Source: Eledone cirrhosa (lineage: Eukaryota). From it: 64,000 nt of DNA. A model generated the notes under the pieces. That model did not search any database, had not been told where the DNA came from, and saw only the letters and a program-made list of their open reading frames with translations. This document shows positions 28,050 through 42,586 of this stretch, in pieces. The translations under genes and the position numbers were made by a program. The first letter of the stretch is position 1. Each line of letters starts with the position of its first letter. The DNA lies in the NCBI GenBank assembly GCA_964016885.1, contig OZ024751.1, forward strand, positions 16,430,001 through 16,494,000, read 5' to 3'.

Positions 28050-28637
28050 CATACATACATACATACATACATGCACACACATATCGACTACTCGTAAGCC
28101 ATAACAACCAGAAGTATGTGATTATCATGCTTCCATTTCGAAGAGCTAGAATGGATTTGCCAAGTACGTTGGCTTGGCAATTGAAGTGAAACAGATCCTT
28201 TCTAGTCTAGTGAGGACTATACGATATTACAGTAGAATATTTTATTACGTGTTTGGTAAAGGATATTAATCAATTCTATAGCAGCATTGTGAATCATAAC
28301 AATGTTGTAATCCACGAATATTTATCATGGGTCCTTGCATATTCCTGAAAGCCGATAATAGGTGGAACAGTACTCGTCAATGAATGCGAAATAATTCAAC
28401 ATAATTAGGCAGATTCTTATAAGGTTTCAGTAAATGGACCAGAAGTAAATTATTCTTCATTGCCTATAGGTAATTCTTCTTGAATATATTATGAATGATA
28501 ATAGACTTGTAGTGACAAAAATAAAAAAGAAAAATACAACAACAAAAAAAGACAAAAGTAAAAAAAAGGAAATGAGGCACAAAATTTGCCGTTATGTATA
28601 CACTGCATATTGAATGTAGTTTTATCGCAAATGTTGT

Positions 28638-28703
<66 letters not shown>

Positions 28704-28788
28704 TCTCTCTCTCTCTCACTCTCTCTCTCTCTTCCTGCCTTCTTCTCTGAGCTGTAATAGACAGGCATCTCCTCTCCCCTCTCTCTCT

Positions 28789-28871
<83 letters not shown>

Positions 28872-28891
28872 CTGTGTGTATATATATATAT

Positions 28892-29073
<182 letters not shown>

Positions 29074-29101
29074 GGCTGAAACAGGTAAAAGAATATATAT
29101 T

Positions 29102-29290
<189 letters not shown>

Positions 29291-29342
29291 TTCCACCACT
29301 CCCCCACACACCTTCGGAGTTCTCTTTCTACCCACTTTTCTT

Positions 29343-29370
29343 CTGATGAAGGGCTTATGCTCGAAACGTT
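29343..29370 (+). ncRNA. Minimal hammerhead core; stem I not evident
   Basis: CUGAUGA-A-GGGC(uuau)GCUC-GAAA-CGUU inside a ~170-bp cassette between (TA)n tracts. Confidence 0.5.
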
Positions 29371-29457
29371 GTTCCCCACCCCCCACTCTCAAGAGGGTGA
29401 ACCTAATAAACTTTTATTTGTACTGCCTCTCTGGTTTTGTTCCTGTCCAAATGTTCA

Positions 29458-29497
<40 letters not shown>

Positions 29498-30867
29498 AAC
29501 ATGGGAAGAAAGTGGAATACTGCGTGGTTGCACATGGGTTACATATTATAAAATTAGTCCCTCATCAGTGATTTGCCAACCATCATTGGTATTTCATCGC
29601 ATTAAAAATCAGATACCTCAGGTTGGTGCGAGCAATAACTAAAATAAGCTATTGGGACAAGTGAATCGCGTAAAGCGAGTGAGACAAGTAAACAACATAT
29701 ATATATATATATATACATCTTTTTCTTTCTCTATCTTATTCTCTCTCTCTCATCCCTCTCCTCTTTCATTAGCTGTAATGCACCTTCACTTATTCTCTCC
29801 ATCACTTCTTCTCAGCACCCCTCTCTTTATATATATACATCTCTATCTCTCCACGTCCGTCTTCCATCTCTATCATTTTCCGGACTACTATTCATGAAAC
29901 ACTTCCTCGGTAATTTCCCCCTCTACGCTGCTTTTCACACTCTTACCTACTCCTTCTCTACTTCTCCCTCCTCCTCCTTTGCCCCCCCCCCTTTCCTTTT
30001 TTATGACTGACTCGCACACACACATAAATATATACACACATTCGCACACAGAAACACAGACACACATATAAATACTTTTGTAGATATAAACGTATTTCTA
30101 TCCACTTACAGTTCTGTGCCTATTTATGAGAGCTCGTTGACATAAACTTACGTATATATATATATATATATATATATATACGGGTGTGCGTGGTAACTAT
30201 ACACACACAAACACACACACACATATATATATAGGTAGCACTGTCTTGCAAGTGAAATCATTAAGAGAATGTAAGAATGTAAGAATGTATAGCAGTAGAA
30301 AGAATTATACTTCGTAAATCGCGCCATATACATAAATATATATAGCATATATAGACATACACATTATCATCTTCACACAATTTGATGTAGTGAATGATAC
30401 ATGACAAAATGCCAAAGTATTAGGATTCCTACAATTTTGGAACTTACAATCAAGGATTATCTTAATTTTTTCTTGAAACTATATTCCTGTCTTTGGAATG
30501 AACTCTGTAATGATTCTTATACAAATGTTGCTATCTAATTAACATTCACAAAAGTCAACTGCAATGAAATGCTCGTAATCACAATCACACTCCATATATT
30601 ATCCTTTGAAAAAAGGAAGCCAACCCCGAAATATCACGAAATATGAGATAAAAGTGTAAGCTGTTTTGTTTCATTTTATTTTACTGTAATCTAGTTTTCC
30701 ATCTTGTATTTTTAATTTGAATGTATTGGGACACTGGATAGAAAGCTTTGCGACATTCATTTACGCTTCCCGTCGAGGTCAACTGTACTTTTCCTCCTTT
30801 CGAGTTCGATAAATTAAGTATCAGTTCAGTATTGAGGTCAATTCTTCCTCATATCTGTTCCTTACCC

Positions 30868-33128
30868 CACTCTCTCCTCGAGGCGGTCTACTGCAACTGG
30901 CAACAGAACGGGAGAATTCCCTGTGCTGTGACCAAGGGCGTAGTCACGCTAGTGAGGAAGGACGAGAACAAGGGGGACGATATAAATAATTTCAGGCCCA
31001 TAACTCTGCTAAATACAGAGTTACAGATTTTGGCCAAGGTGCTAGCAAAGAGGTTGGCGCTTGTCGTTGGGCAACCTGGGTGGAGATGCACAGACATGTG
31101 CTATCCCGTCCAGGTCCATCCACGACAACCTCCACCTCATGCGATACATCATAGAGAGGGTTGGGAACGAACCCGGCTTTGGTGGGCCCTGATTCAACTT
31201 GGATCAATCTAAGGCGTTCGATAGGGTCGACCATGGTTACCTGGATGCGGTGCTAGCGGCGGCAGGCTTCGGACCCGTTTTCAGGGGCTGGATCAATGCC
31301 AGGCACAGCAGCCGCATCTTCTCTAGGGTCAAGATGTACGGCTACCTCTCGGAGCAGTTCGAAATCGCGCGGTCTATCCGACAGGGGTGCCCTCTCTCCT
31401 CCCTTCTGTATGTAATGACTCTAGAGCCACTACTGCGGAAGTTGGAGTTGTTGCAGAGCATCCCGTTGGAACCGGGATTGCGGAAAGCGGTGTCGGCCTA
31501 TGCCGACGACGTAACAGTAATGGTGTCGACGGCCTCGTAAATCGGGGCGATCGGCACCTTACTGGAGGAGTACGAAAGGTTTACAGGGGCTAAGCTGAAT
31601 CGAGACAAGTCGATCGGTCTGCAACTCGGCACGTGGAAGGGCAGATCGATGCCCCCCGATGGCGTTTCGGGCGCTGGACGGAGGGCCCGGTGAAGTTGCT
31701 CGGGGTCTGGTTCGGACCAGACCTCCAGGTGGAGAAGAACTGGGGTGAGGTAACGAACACGGTGTTTGCACTGACCCAGAAGTGGGCCGAGTGCAAACTG
31801 TCAATGAAAGGTCGGGCGGAGGTGGCGAACGTCATCTACTCCCGCTTGACCGTTGTGCCTTGCTCAAGGGAAACGCTCGCCAAAATGGAGCGCACACTCT
31901 TCCAATTCCTTTGGAAGAAGAGGGCTCCTATGGTGAGGAGATCCATCTGCTGAGAACACCCTTCGAAAGGAGGGCTGGGTATGCCGTGGCTAATGATACG
32001 TAAACACGTATTAAGGTTACGGCACCTCCAGGTATTCCTCACCGGTCAACCGGTGTGGGCACCGTTTGTGAGGCCAGCCTTTCCCAGACTCGTCTCACTC
32101 ACCGAGCTGCAATCCTGGGTCAAGCAAAGACCGAGAAAACTGGGCGCCTGGCACACCGAGTGTGCCCAGGCGCTCACGGCTCTCTGGCAGGCGGACCCGG
32201 CTGTCAGTGGAGAATCCACCTCGTGATTCTATAGAGAGCTGGTGGTTAGCAGGTGCGACGACGCCCTCGGAGAAGCGCTAGGCATGGAGGAAGACGAACT
32301 GGACAACCTGTTCGGTAGGAGATTCAGCCCGGGACCCATGGATAACTTCCAGAGGTCCCTGGCCTGGCAGTGCTACCGAGGGGCTCTGCCCGTTCGAGAA
32401 AGGCTCTACAGACACGGGCGCCCGAGTAGGGACCCCTCGAAAAAGATCTGTTCCAGATGCGTGTGCGACGAGGAAACCGTTGCACACGCATTGGTACACT
32501 GTTCGGGCATTGCCGATCTGTGGGGCTATGTCGAACAACTGCTCTCAAGGGTGGGACCGATCCGGTTGACCACCGAGTCTATTGTAACGATCAAGCCGCC
32601 TCCCCTCTTCAAAAACGAAGGAGAGGCGGTGTTTCTGTGCGTAATAGCCATGGCGAAAGAGGTTGTATGGTGGACGCCTCTGAAAGGACTGAGGTCAGAC
32701 ACCTTTCTCTCTGGCCAACAACTGGTCTGTTTCTTCCGATATCATTTCGGAAGAAGGATCAGGATGGAGAGAGAGGTGCTGCACCCCAGCCGCTTTTATG
32801 AAAGATGGGTGAAAGTGGCGAGAATGGCCCGTGTGAATGGGCCTTCACTCTACATAAGACTATAGGTGAGGAAGATGAGAAATCAAGGGAGCACCCCCTC
32901 TCTGTGCCCCTGAGGAGAAGGGTTGCACACTTTTTTTCGGGGGTGTGTGCGACCCCCCAAGGCGCCTCCTCCCTATTGAGGATTTTGTTATAAAATCTAT
33001 TTTGTTATATTTTATTTTATTTTTATACATTGTTATTGCCTCCCCCTTATTGAGGACGCTTTGTTATGTAAACTCCTCCCATTGTACTTGTCCCACTTTT
33101 TGATGCCCTGGTGGCAAATAAAAAGAAA
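30868..33128 (+). mobile_element. 5'-truncated Tx1/L1-clade LINE, ORF2 RT pseudogene, followed by (TATC)n
   Basis: NFRPITLLNTELQILAKVLA, DQSKAFDRVDH, IRQGCPLS, YADD, GGLGMP and C-terminal CxxC..H..C (CSRC..ETVAHALVHC); split by frameshifts and stops. Confidence 0.92.
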
Positions 33129-33190
33129 ATTATCTATCTATCTATCTATCTATCTAGCTATCTATCTATCTATCTATCTATCTAGCTATC

Positions 33191-34519
33191 GGACGTGCGG
33201 GAGATCGTCGGTAAGTTTTTGTAAAATTTTCTATACAAAAACAGAATTTATTGTGTGAAAATTTATATTGTTTGATAGATTAACACCCAGGCTGAATTAT
33301 CAGCTGGCTGGTAATATCAGTTTTCGCACCAGAGGGGCTGAAATTTAATTATAAAAATTATTGATAAGTTTAAAAATTTTCCTAACTCTAACAATGTGTG
33401 ACTTACAGCGAACGCTAGACCACAAGAAGAGAGGGAAAGAGGCAGTTATATCTCCCTCTATTTCTATAGAAGTATCTATGGAGACAAACAACAACAAAAC
33501 TTCGTTTCGTAAAGAAATGGATATTTACACAACAAAAGATGAAAATAAGAGCCCACACCAGACACCAAAAAATACAGAAAATGCAGAAATTGAAACAGTT
33601 GACACAACTACACACGAAAAAACCGACAACAACAAAAAAATTGAAAAAACAACATTCGTACAGACTGTGATAAACAAAACAGAGTACAAAAAACACCGAC
33701 ATAATAAACTCCAAACAAATGTTGATCGATGCAAAACAATGCATAAGCTTTGAAGAAAAGGGTGGGTTTCATATAAACTCACCCTTGGAAATTAAACGAG
33801 AAATAGTTCGAAGGACAGTAACCTTCAGAATTGAAACAAAAAAAACGGTATTCCTCAGTTAAGGGGAAATTAAAACCACCTTGAAAGAAGCTCTGTCAGT
33901 CATTGATTTTATGCAGAGGGCCAGACTATATGGAAGTATTTCGGTACTTTTAAAAAGCGAGGTCCTCGCACAAAAGCATTCTGTTACGCCAGTCATTACA
34001 AAAACACACACCTTTTTCCCTACTTACATGGGAAAAAGAACACAATAAATTAAAATAAATAATATACCACCAAACATTTAGCAGGGTTCATAGAGCCAGA
34101 AAGTGATACAACTCTTTCGGTCAGGAAGTCGACCAGACAATGGTGGGCAGGGACAAATTTGGAGATTCTGATACAAATGAAACCAGAAAGAGTGCTGCAC
34201 CCCAGTAAATTTATCGAAAGGTGGGTGAATGTGGCAAAAATGGTTCGAGTGATTGGGCCTTCTCTCTTTATAAGCCTGTAGGTTAAAGAAGAGAGCAAAA
34301 GGAAGAAAGGGGCACTTGCACAACACGCTCCTGAAGTTGAGGGTTGTTCTATTGACGGGGTATTAAACAACCCTTTTATGGCGCTTCCCCCCTATTGGGG
34401 ATTTCGATTGTTGTAATTGTTGGTTTTTATATTTTTTACACGACTGTATGTAAAATCCCCAGCATGTCTTTGCGCGTGCGCCCGGCTTTTCTTGTGCGCC
34501 CTTGTGGCAAATAAAGAAA
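33191..34519 (+). mobile_element. Diverged, probably internally deleted Tx1-like element (putative 5'/ORF1-like part joined to the ORF2 end and 3'UTR)
   Basis: 34190-34519 aligns by eye with the 3' ends of both neighbours (GTGCTGCACCCCAG..GGGTGAA.GTGGC..GTGGCAAATAAA); (TATC)n on both sides; ORF1 assignment is inference. Confidence 0.6.
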
Positions 34520-34536
34520 TATATCTATCTATCCAC

Positions 34537-34600
<64 letters not shown>

Positions 34601-34648
34601 ATATATATATATATAGATAGATAGATAGATAGATAGGTGGATAGATAG

Positions 34649-35587
34649 GTGCCCAGGCGCTCACCGCCCTCTGGCAGGCGGATCCGGTTATCAGTGGAGA
34701 CTCCACCGCAACATTCTATAGAGCCTCGGAGAAGCCCTAGACATGGAGGAGGACGAACTGGCCAGCCTGTTCGGTAGGACATTCAGCCCAGGACCTATGG
34801 ACAACTTCCAGAAGTCCCTGGCCTGGCAGTGCTACCGAGGGGCTTTACCCGTTCGAGAAAGGCTCTACAGACACGGGCGCCCGGGTAGGGACCCCGCCAA
34901 AAAGATCTGTCCCAGATGCGTGTGCGACGAGGAAACCGTTACACACGCATTGGTACACTGCTCGGGCGTAGCCGATCTGTGGGGCTATGTCGAACAACTG
35001 CTGTCAAGGGTGGGACCGATCCGGTTGACCACCGAGTCTATTGTAATGATCAAGCCGCCTCCCCCCTTCAAAGATGAAGCAGAGGCGGTGTTTCTGTGCG
35101 TAATAGCCATGGCGAAAGAGGTTGTATGGTGGACGCGTCTGAAAGGACTGAGGTCAGGCACCTTTCTCTCTGGCCAACAACTGGTCCGTTTCTTCCGATA
35201 TCATTTCGGAAGAAGGATCAGGATGGAGAGAGAGGTGCTGCACCCCAGCCGTTTCTATGAAAGATGGGTGAAAGTGGCGAGAATGGCCCGTGTGAATGGG
35301 CCTTCACTCTACATCAGACTATAGGTGAGGAAGATGAAAGACCAAGGGAGCACCCCTTCTCTGTGCTCCTGAGGAGAAGGGTTGCACACTTTTCTCGGGG
35401 GTGTGTGCGACCCCCCAAGGCGCCTCCTCTCTATTGAGGATTTTGTTATAAATTTTATTTTTTGTTATATCTTATTTTATTTTTATATTTTGTTATTGCC
35501 TCCTCCTTATTGAGGACGCCTTTTTGTGTAAACTCCCCCCTTTGTACTTGTCCGACTTTTGATGCCCTAGTGGCAAATAAAAGAAAC
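34649..35587 (+). mobile_element. Short 5'-truncated copy of the same Tx1-like LINE
   Basis: ORF 34743-35324 is nearly the same protein as 32242-32865; same 3'UTR. Confidence 0.92.
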
Positions 35588-35650
35588 ATATATATATATA
35601 TATATATATATCTGTCCGTTTGTCTTTATGTCAATCTCTCTCTCTCTCTC

Positions 35651-35705
<55 letters not shown>

Positions 35706-36242
35706 CTCTCTCCTTCCTACACTGGAAAGACTGGGAACATATTCAGACCTGGAGAGGAATGGTTTTCACCCGAACTAAATGCTTAAACACACCGTATTTC
35801 AGGTCGGCGTTTCTGTATTTCTATTAAAAGGTAATGGCTCATGCAAGTCTAACATACATAACACCAACTACCGCCGTACCTCATCCCAGTAAACCACAAC
35901 CACGTACGTCTGCACTTGCTGGTTTCCTGGTCATGGTGATGTAGCTATTTTCCGTGTTACGTATTAATGTAGATTATTGAGTTCAATCATAAATGTCAAA
36001 TAAAGGCATTGATTGATATCCTACCCACTCCTATATATCATAGATGTAGACCAATTAATGGTAAACGTTTTGGCTTCATTGGTTGGTTTCATCGACTTTA
36101 CCTCCTGTGGCAACAATTAAATTTGCTGTAGCTGCATCTCGAGCTATGGCCTCTCGAACCATCTCTGCCACTTATTATATTTGCTGTATTCCCCCTCCTC
36201 CTCCTCCTCCTCCTCCTACTACTACTACTACTACTAACATCA

Positions 36243-36603
36243 CAACTTGAGAGGAGATTGGATGGCACATATACCCGCCTCTCAATGAGAGTGCAAAACC
36301 TATCCTGGAAACGACATCCCACCTTGTCTAAAATCTATGGCAAACTCCCTCGAGCCTCTGCCCTTCTAAAATCCCGGAGAGCTCAATTTGCTGGCCACTG
36401 TCACCGTGCCAGCAATTAAATCATATCCGCTCTCTTGCTCTGGAACCCTGACTCCAGCCTGACTAGGAGTAGGAGGCTGTCATTCCCTGACGTTATCTCT
36501 AGGGATACGGGAATCAGTAGACAGGACCTGGGGGCAGCGATGGGGAACAGGGAATTCTGGGGCATGAGAGTGAGATCCATCATCTCGACAGTAGTCGACG
36601 AAT
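36243..36603 (+). mobile_element. RTE-group LINE 3' fragment
   Basis: Translates QLERRLDGTYTRLSMRVQNLSWKRHPT...RRAQFAGHCHR...LLWNP; followed by (ACT)n. Confidence 0.7.
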
Positions 36604-36610
36604 GATGATG

Positions 36611-36669
<59 letters not shown>

Positions 36670-36778
36670 AACTACTACTACTATTTCTCCTTCTTGTGGT
36701 CGGCGTTGATCTTTTAGAAATAGTAGTAGTAGTGATAGTAGTAATAATAATAATGGTGGCATTATTATAATTATTATT

Positions 36779-36961
36779 GCGGTGGATTGGCCGTATCGGT
36801 AGAGGGTCGGACGCCATGCTTTCCAGCATAGTTACGTCCCTTTACGATCTGGGTTCAAATCCCGCCGAGGTTAACTTTGCCTTTCATCCTTACGGGGTCG
36901 ATAAAATAAAGTACCAGTAATGCACTGGGGATGTGCTGGCCTGGTGCCTAAAGTAGACACA

Positions 36962-36965
<4 letters not shown>
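36779..36965 (+). mobile_element. Full-length family-A SINE
   Basis: GCGGTGGATTGGCCGTATCGGTAGAG head, GGTTCAAATCC B-box, (ATT)n tail. Confidence 0.9.
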
Positions 36966-36994
<29 letters not shown>

Positions 36995-37209
36995 AGTAGT
37001 AGTAGTAATAGTAGTAGTAGTAGTAGTAGTAATGGTAGTAGTAGTTGTTGGTGGTGGTGGTAGTGGTAGTGCTGTTGTTTGTGATCTTGATGCTCTTTGT
37101 TGAAGCTTATGTCGGGAAACGAAAATATGTCTTTTCCTTTTCCGATTCTATTTCAAAACCTGAGATAGAAATCAATTCAGATGGGCTTTTTCCCTTTAAG
37201 ATGTACGTC

Positions 37210-37354
37210 TATATACATATATATATATACATATATATACACATATGAATACATACATATATACATACATACTTGCATACATACATATATACATATATCT
37301 ATACATATATATATATTTATATATATACATATATATGTATATATGGACCTTTTT

Positions 37355-37406
<52 letters not shown>

Positions 37407-37412
37407 ATATAC

Positions 37413-37499
<87 letters not shown>

Positions 37500-37720
37500 C
37501 ATGCATATATATACATATATATATATATACATATATATACATATACATGCATATATATATACATGCATATATATACATATATATATATACATATATATAT
37601 ATATACATATATATATACATATATATATACATATATATATATATACATATATATATATACATATATATATATATACATATATATATACATATATATATAT
37701 ACATATATATATACATATAC

Positions 37721-37751
<31 letters not shown>

Positions 37752-37846
37752 CATATATATATACATATATATATATATATACATATATATATACATATAT
37801 ATATACATATATATATACATATATATATATATATACATATATATAC

Positions 37847-37877
<31 letters not shown>

Positions 37878-37960
37878 CATATATACATATATATATATAC
37901 ATATATATATATATACATATATATATACATATATATATATACATATATATATACATATAC

Positions 37961-37991
<31 letters not shown>

Positions 37992-38046
37992 CATATATAT
38001 ATACATATATATATATATATACATATATATATACATATATATATAC

Positions 38047-38079
<33 letters not shown>

Positions 38080-38090
38080 CATATATATAC

Positions 38091-38121
<31 letters not shown>

Positions 38122-38130
38122 CATATATAC

Positions 38131-38177
<47 letters not shown>

Positions 38178-38282
38178 CATATGTATATACATATATATAT
38201 ATACATATATATATACATATATATATACATATATATATACATATATACATATACATATACATATATACATATATATATATAC

Positions 38283-38341
<59 letters not shown>

Positions 38342-38348
38342 TATATAC

Positions 38349-38429
<81 letters not shown>

Positions 38430-38450
38430 CATATATATATATACATATAC

Positions 38451-38481
<31 letters not shown>

Positions 38482-38504
38482 CATATATATATATATACAT
38501 ATAC

Positions 38505-38539
<35 letters not shown>

Positions 38540-38926
38540 CATATATATATACATATATATAAGTATGTACACGTACATACATATATGTATACCGACGTAC
38601 AGTAGTATGTATATACATATATACATACATGCACACATATATATATGCACGTATGGATTCACCAAACATTTATTATAATGCTCGGTGTGTTTATAAACAA
38701 ACATCCCGTATTAAGCCGTAGTGTCTAGCAACCACCGTTGCTCGTTTGTTCAACACTGACAAAGGAACGCTGTACTATTTCCACTGACAAAGGAACGCTG
38801 TACTATTTCATTTCCCACTCTTAGTACGGCTGTTACTTAAATATAAGTATGTACACGTACATACATATATGTATACCGACGTACAGTAGTATGTATATAT
38901 CGTTTCATTTTTTCCGTATATACATA

Positions 38927-38982
<56 letters not shown>

Positions 38983-39077
38983 CATATATATAGCGAAAAC
39001 CAACCAAACAGTGAGTGTGTTCTGTTATTAATTCTGGCAATATTACACAAATATGACCCTCCCCAAGTATAACCATA

Positions 39078-39115
<38 letters not shown>

Positions 39116-39137
39116 CATATATATACATATACATACA

Positions 39138-39203
<66 letters not shown>

Positions 39204-39204
39204 C

Positions 39205-39235
<31 letters not shown>

Positions 39236-39246
39236 CATATATATAC

Positions 39247-39305
<59 letters not shown>

Positions 39306-39318
39306 CATATATATATAC

Positions 39319-39369
<51 letters not shown>

Positions 39370-39454
39370 CATATATATACATATATATACATATATATAT
39401 ATATATACATATATATACATATATATACATATATATACATATATATATATATAC

Positions 39455-39485
<31 letters not shown>

Positions 39486-39550
39486 CATATATATACATAT
39501 ATATATATATATACATATATATATACATACATATATATATACATATATAT

Positions 39551-39619
<69 letters not shown>

Positions 39620-39624
39620 TATAC

Positions 39625-39685
<61 letters not shown>
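37210..39685. repeat. Two long (TA)nCA compound arrays (37210-38560, 39074-39685) with intervening repeat fragments
   Basis: Directly visible. Confidence 0.95.
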
Positions 39686-40037
39686 AAGAAAAACGTCAAC
39701 ATATATATATAAAAAAAACGTCCATATATATATATGGACTTTTTTTTTTTCAGTAAATCAGAAAAATGTTTATAAGGAAAGGTGCCAAGTACATATCACC
39801 CATATCCCCCTATCTATCTTCCTGCTTTCCAAAGCCCTAACATAAGATCTAAATAACAAGTTCCTCGGATGCCTTTAGGGTGTTTTCTCAATACATTTCT
39901 CCATTAAATTTGGTATTGGGAAAACGAACAGTTGAATATTTTTCTTTCGCATACGTACTATATCAAATTTCTATATTTGGTCAATAATAACATAAGCTAA
40001 TTTCCGTATCACAAATAGGAAACTTGTATGTATCTGA

Positions 40038-40114
<77 letters not shown>

Positions 40115-40169
40115 ATTATATAGGAGAAAGTTCCTGACCCCGACGACAGAGCTCAAGCCGTTTCGACGT

Positions 40170-40230
<61 letters not shown>

Positions 40231-40340
40231 AATATAAATAAATATATATATATATTATATATATAAATATAAATAAATATATATATATATATATATAATT
40301 ATATATATATATATTTATATATAAATATATGTATATATAT

Positions 40341-40894
40341 AGTGTTATACTTTGGGTGGGTCATGTTGCCAATAAGAAACACACGCACCAGTGCTTTCAC
40401 TTCAATTTATTATAAATTAAATTCATAAATTTATGGATTCATAAATTTCCGGTTGGTTGGTTTGTTCCACCACCAGACGATTGTTCATATATTGTCAAAG
40501 TTCTTTCGTCACACATGACGTGTGACCTCTTCAGTGACTAGGGATTCTTTTCTTTGTTTTTTGTTTTTGTGCCTCTCCTTTGTTCTGTCCTACGCCATCT
40601 TGTTTTTGCGTTTGTGTTGTGTGCTTAGTTTGCGCATGTGTTACAGCCGGGTGTCTGTGTGTGTTTATATTTGTTTATTTATTTGTTTATTTACATGTTA
40701 CTGGTTGGTGGTTTCTTCTATGTGTGTGTTTTTTCATTTTGTCCTTAATTGTAAGTTGTGATGCTATTATTCTATTCTTGCTTTCTATGTAATTTCTATT
40801 TATTGGCAACATGACCCTCCCAAAGTATAACAATATCGGTTTCAACACACGTTTTCAGATAAAGAATCTTGCTAAACAAATTCAGAAACGAAAT
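40341..40894. mobile_element. Family P1 copy with intact hammerhead 40494-40538(-) and short inversion (40343-40374/40801-40832)
   Basis: GUCA-CUGAAGA-G-GUCACAC(gucau)GUGUGAC-GAAA-GAAC-UU/UGAC. Confidence 0.85.
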
Positions 40895-41038
40895 ATATAT
40901 ATATAATTATATTTATATATTATTATATATATAATTATATATATTTAATCATGTATATAATTATGTATATACATATACACATATAATTATAAATATCTAT
41001 ATATATATAAAATTATATATATATATACATATAATTAT

Positions 41039-41075
<37 letters not shown>

Positions 41076-41096
41076 CATATAATTATATATATATAT

Positions 41097-41127
<31 letters not shown>

Positions 41128-41223
41128 CATATAACTATATATATATATATATATAAATATATTTATATATATATTTAATTATATATATATATATATATAT
41201 TTAATTATATATATATATATATA

Positions 41224-41290
<67 letters not shown>

Positions 41291-41304
41291 TATATATATA
41301 TATA

Positions 41305-41367
<63 letters not shown>

Positions 41368-41702
41368 AATATAAATATATATTTATATATATATATATTA
41401 TATATATATATATAAATATAAAATATATCTAATTATATGTATATACATATAATTATATATATATATATATATAAATGGAATAGAATGAAACGAAATTTTA
41501 TTTCTCACACTAGTACGGCACTTAAATATAAATATGTATGTATGTATACGTACATACATATATGTATACAGACGTACAGTAGTATGTATATATATACATA
41601 CTACTGTACGCATGTATGTGTGCATGTATGTATATATATATACATACTACTGTACGTCTGTATACATATATTTATGTACGTATACATACACACACGCACA
41701 TG

Positions 41703-41740
<38 letters not shown>

Positions 41741-41769
41741 TATATACATATATATATAATTATATACTA

Positions 41770-42500
41770 TAGTGTAAAGCATGTCCAGAGATTTATTTGA
41801 TAATATATATACATCATCTCTACTCCCAATCAGCATAATTAACCACACAAAAACGCAATTAGACCAGGCTATAAGAATAAAAGGCACCTATGAAGAAACA
41901 GTAAATAAATATGCCACTGCGGCGTCTTCGCGTACAACTGCGATAGAATACCATTTTGAATTCGTGTTTGGCGGGGGCCACTTCGGAAAATAATATGTCC
42001 TAGCGAATTTGTCCCCTGAAGAGCTCTAAAACTCGAGTATTATCTTTAATAAGGTATCTCAAAAGTGAGCGAAACCCTTGGGTCGGGATTTAGTGATTTA
42101 ATCCTGGTATGTATATAAGCATTTCTGACATTAATTTTTACCTAATTGTGTATGGTTGACCGTATATTTAATTAATTTCCACGTGCTGTTGAAATGTTGG
42201 GTAAATATGGTATAGCGGTTGGACGCTAAGAAGCCGCAGTGGCGTATTTATTTACTGTTTCTTCATAGATGCCTTTTATTCTTATAGCCTGGTCTAATTG
42301 ATTTTTTGTGTGGTTAATTATGCTGATTGGGAATAGAGATGATGTATATATATTATCAAATAATTCTCTGGACATGCTTGACTAGTATTTTTTGTCTGAT
42401 TATTTAATTTATTAATTCTCCATTGAGCCACATCGTGAAAAGTTGCCAAATCACATATATACCCGTGATTTTGTTTAATTGGTGTATGTGTAAATATTTA
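41770..42500 (+). mobile_element. Family P3 fold-back element, arms ~41777-41940/42215-42379
   Basis: Inverted arms visible; (TA)n on both sides. Confidence 0.85.
42012..42088 (+). ncRNA. Canonical type I hammerhead ribozyme, GUC site (predicted cut after 42084)
   Basis: UCCC-CUGAAGA-GCUC..40 nt..GAGC-GAAA-CCC(uu)GGG-UC/GGGA; all core nucleotides canonical. Confidence 0.88.
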
Positions 42501-42505
42501 TATTT

Positions 42506-42586
<81 letters not shown>

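Noticed and set aside
29545-29610. CUGAUGA-GGGAC motif on minus strand (relative at 48790-48815 +)
   Set aside because: Truncated before stem II closes and GAAA; cannot be called a ribozyme
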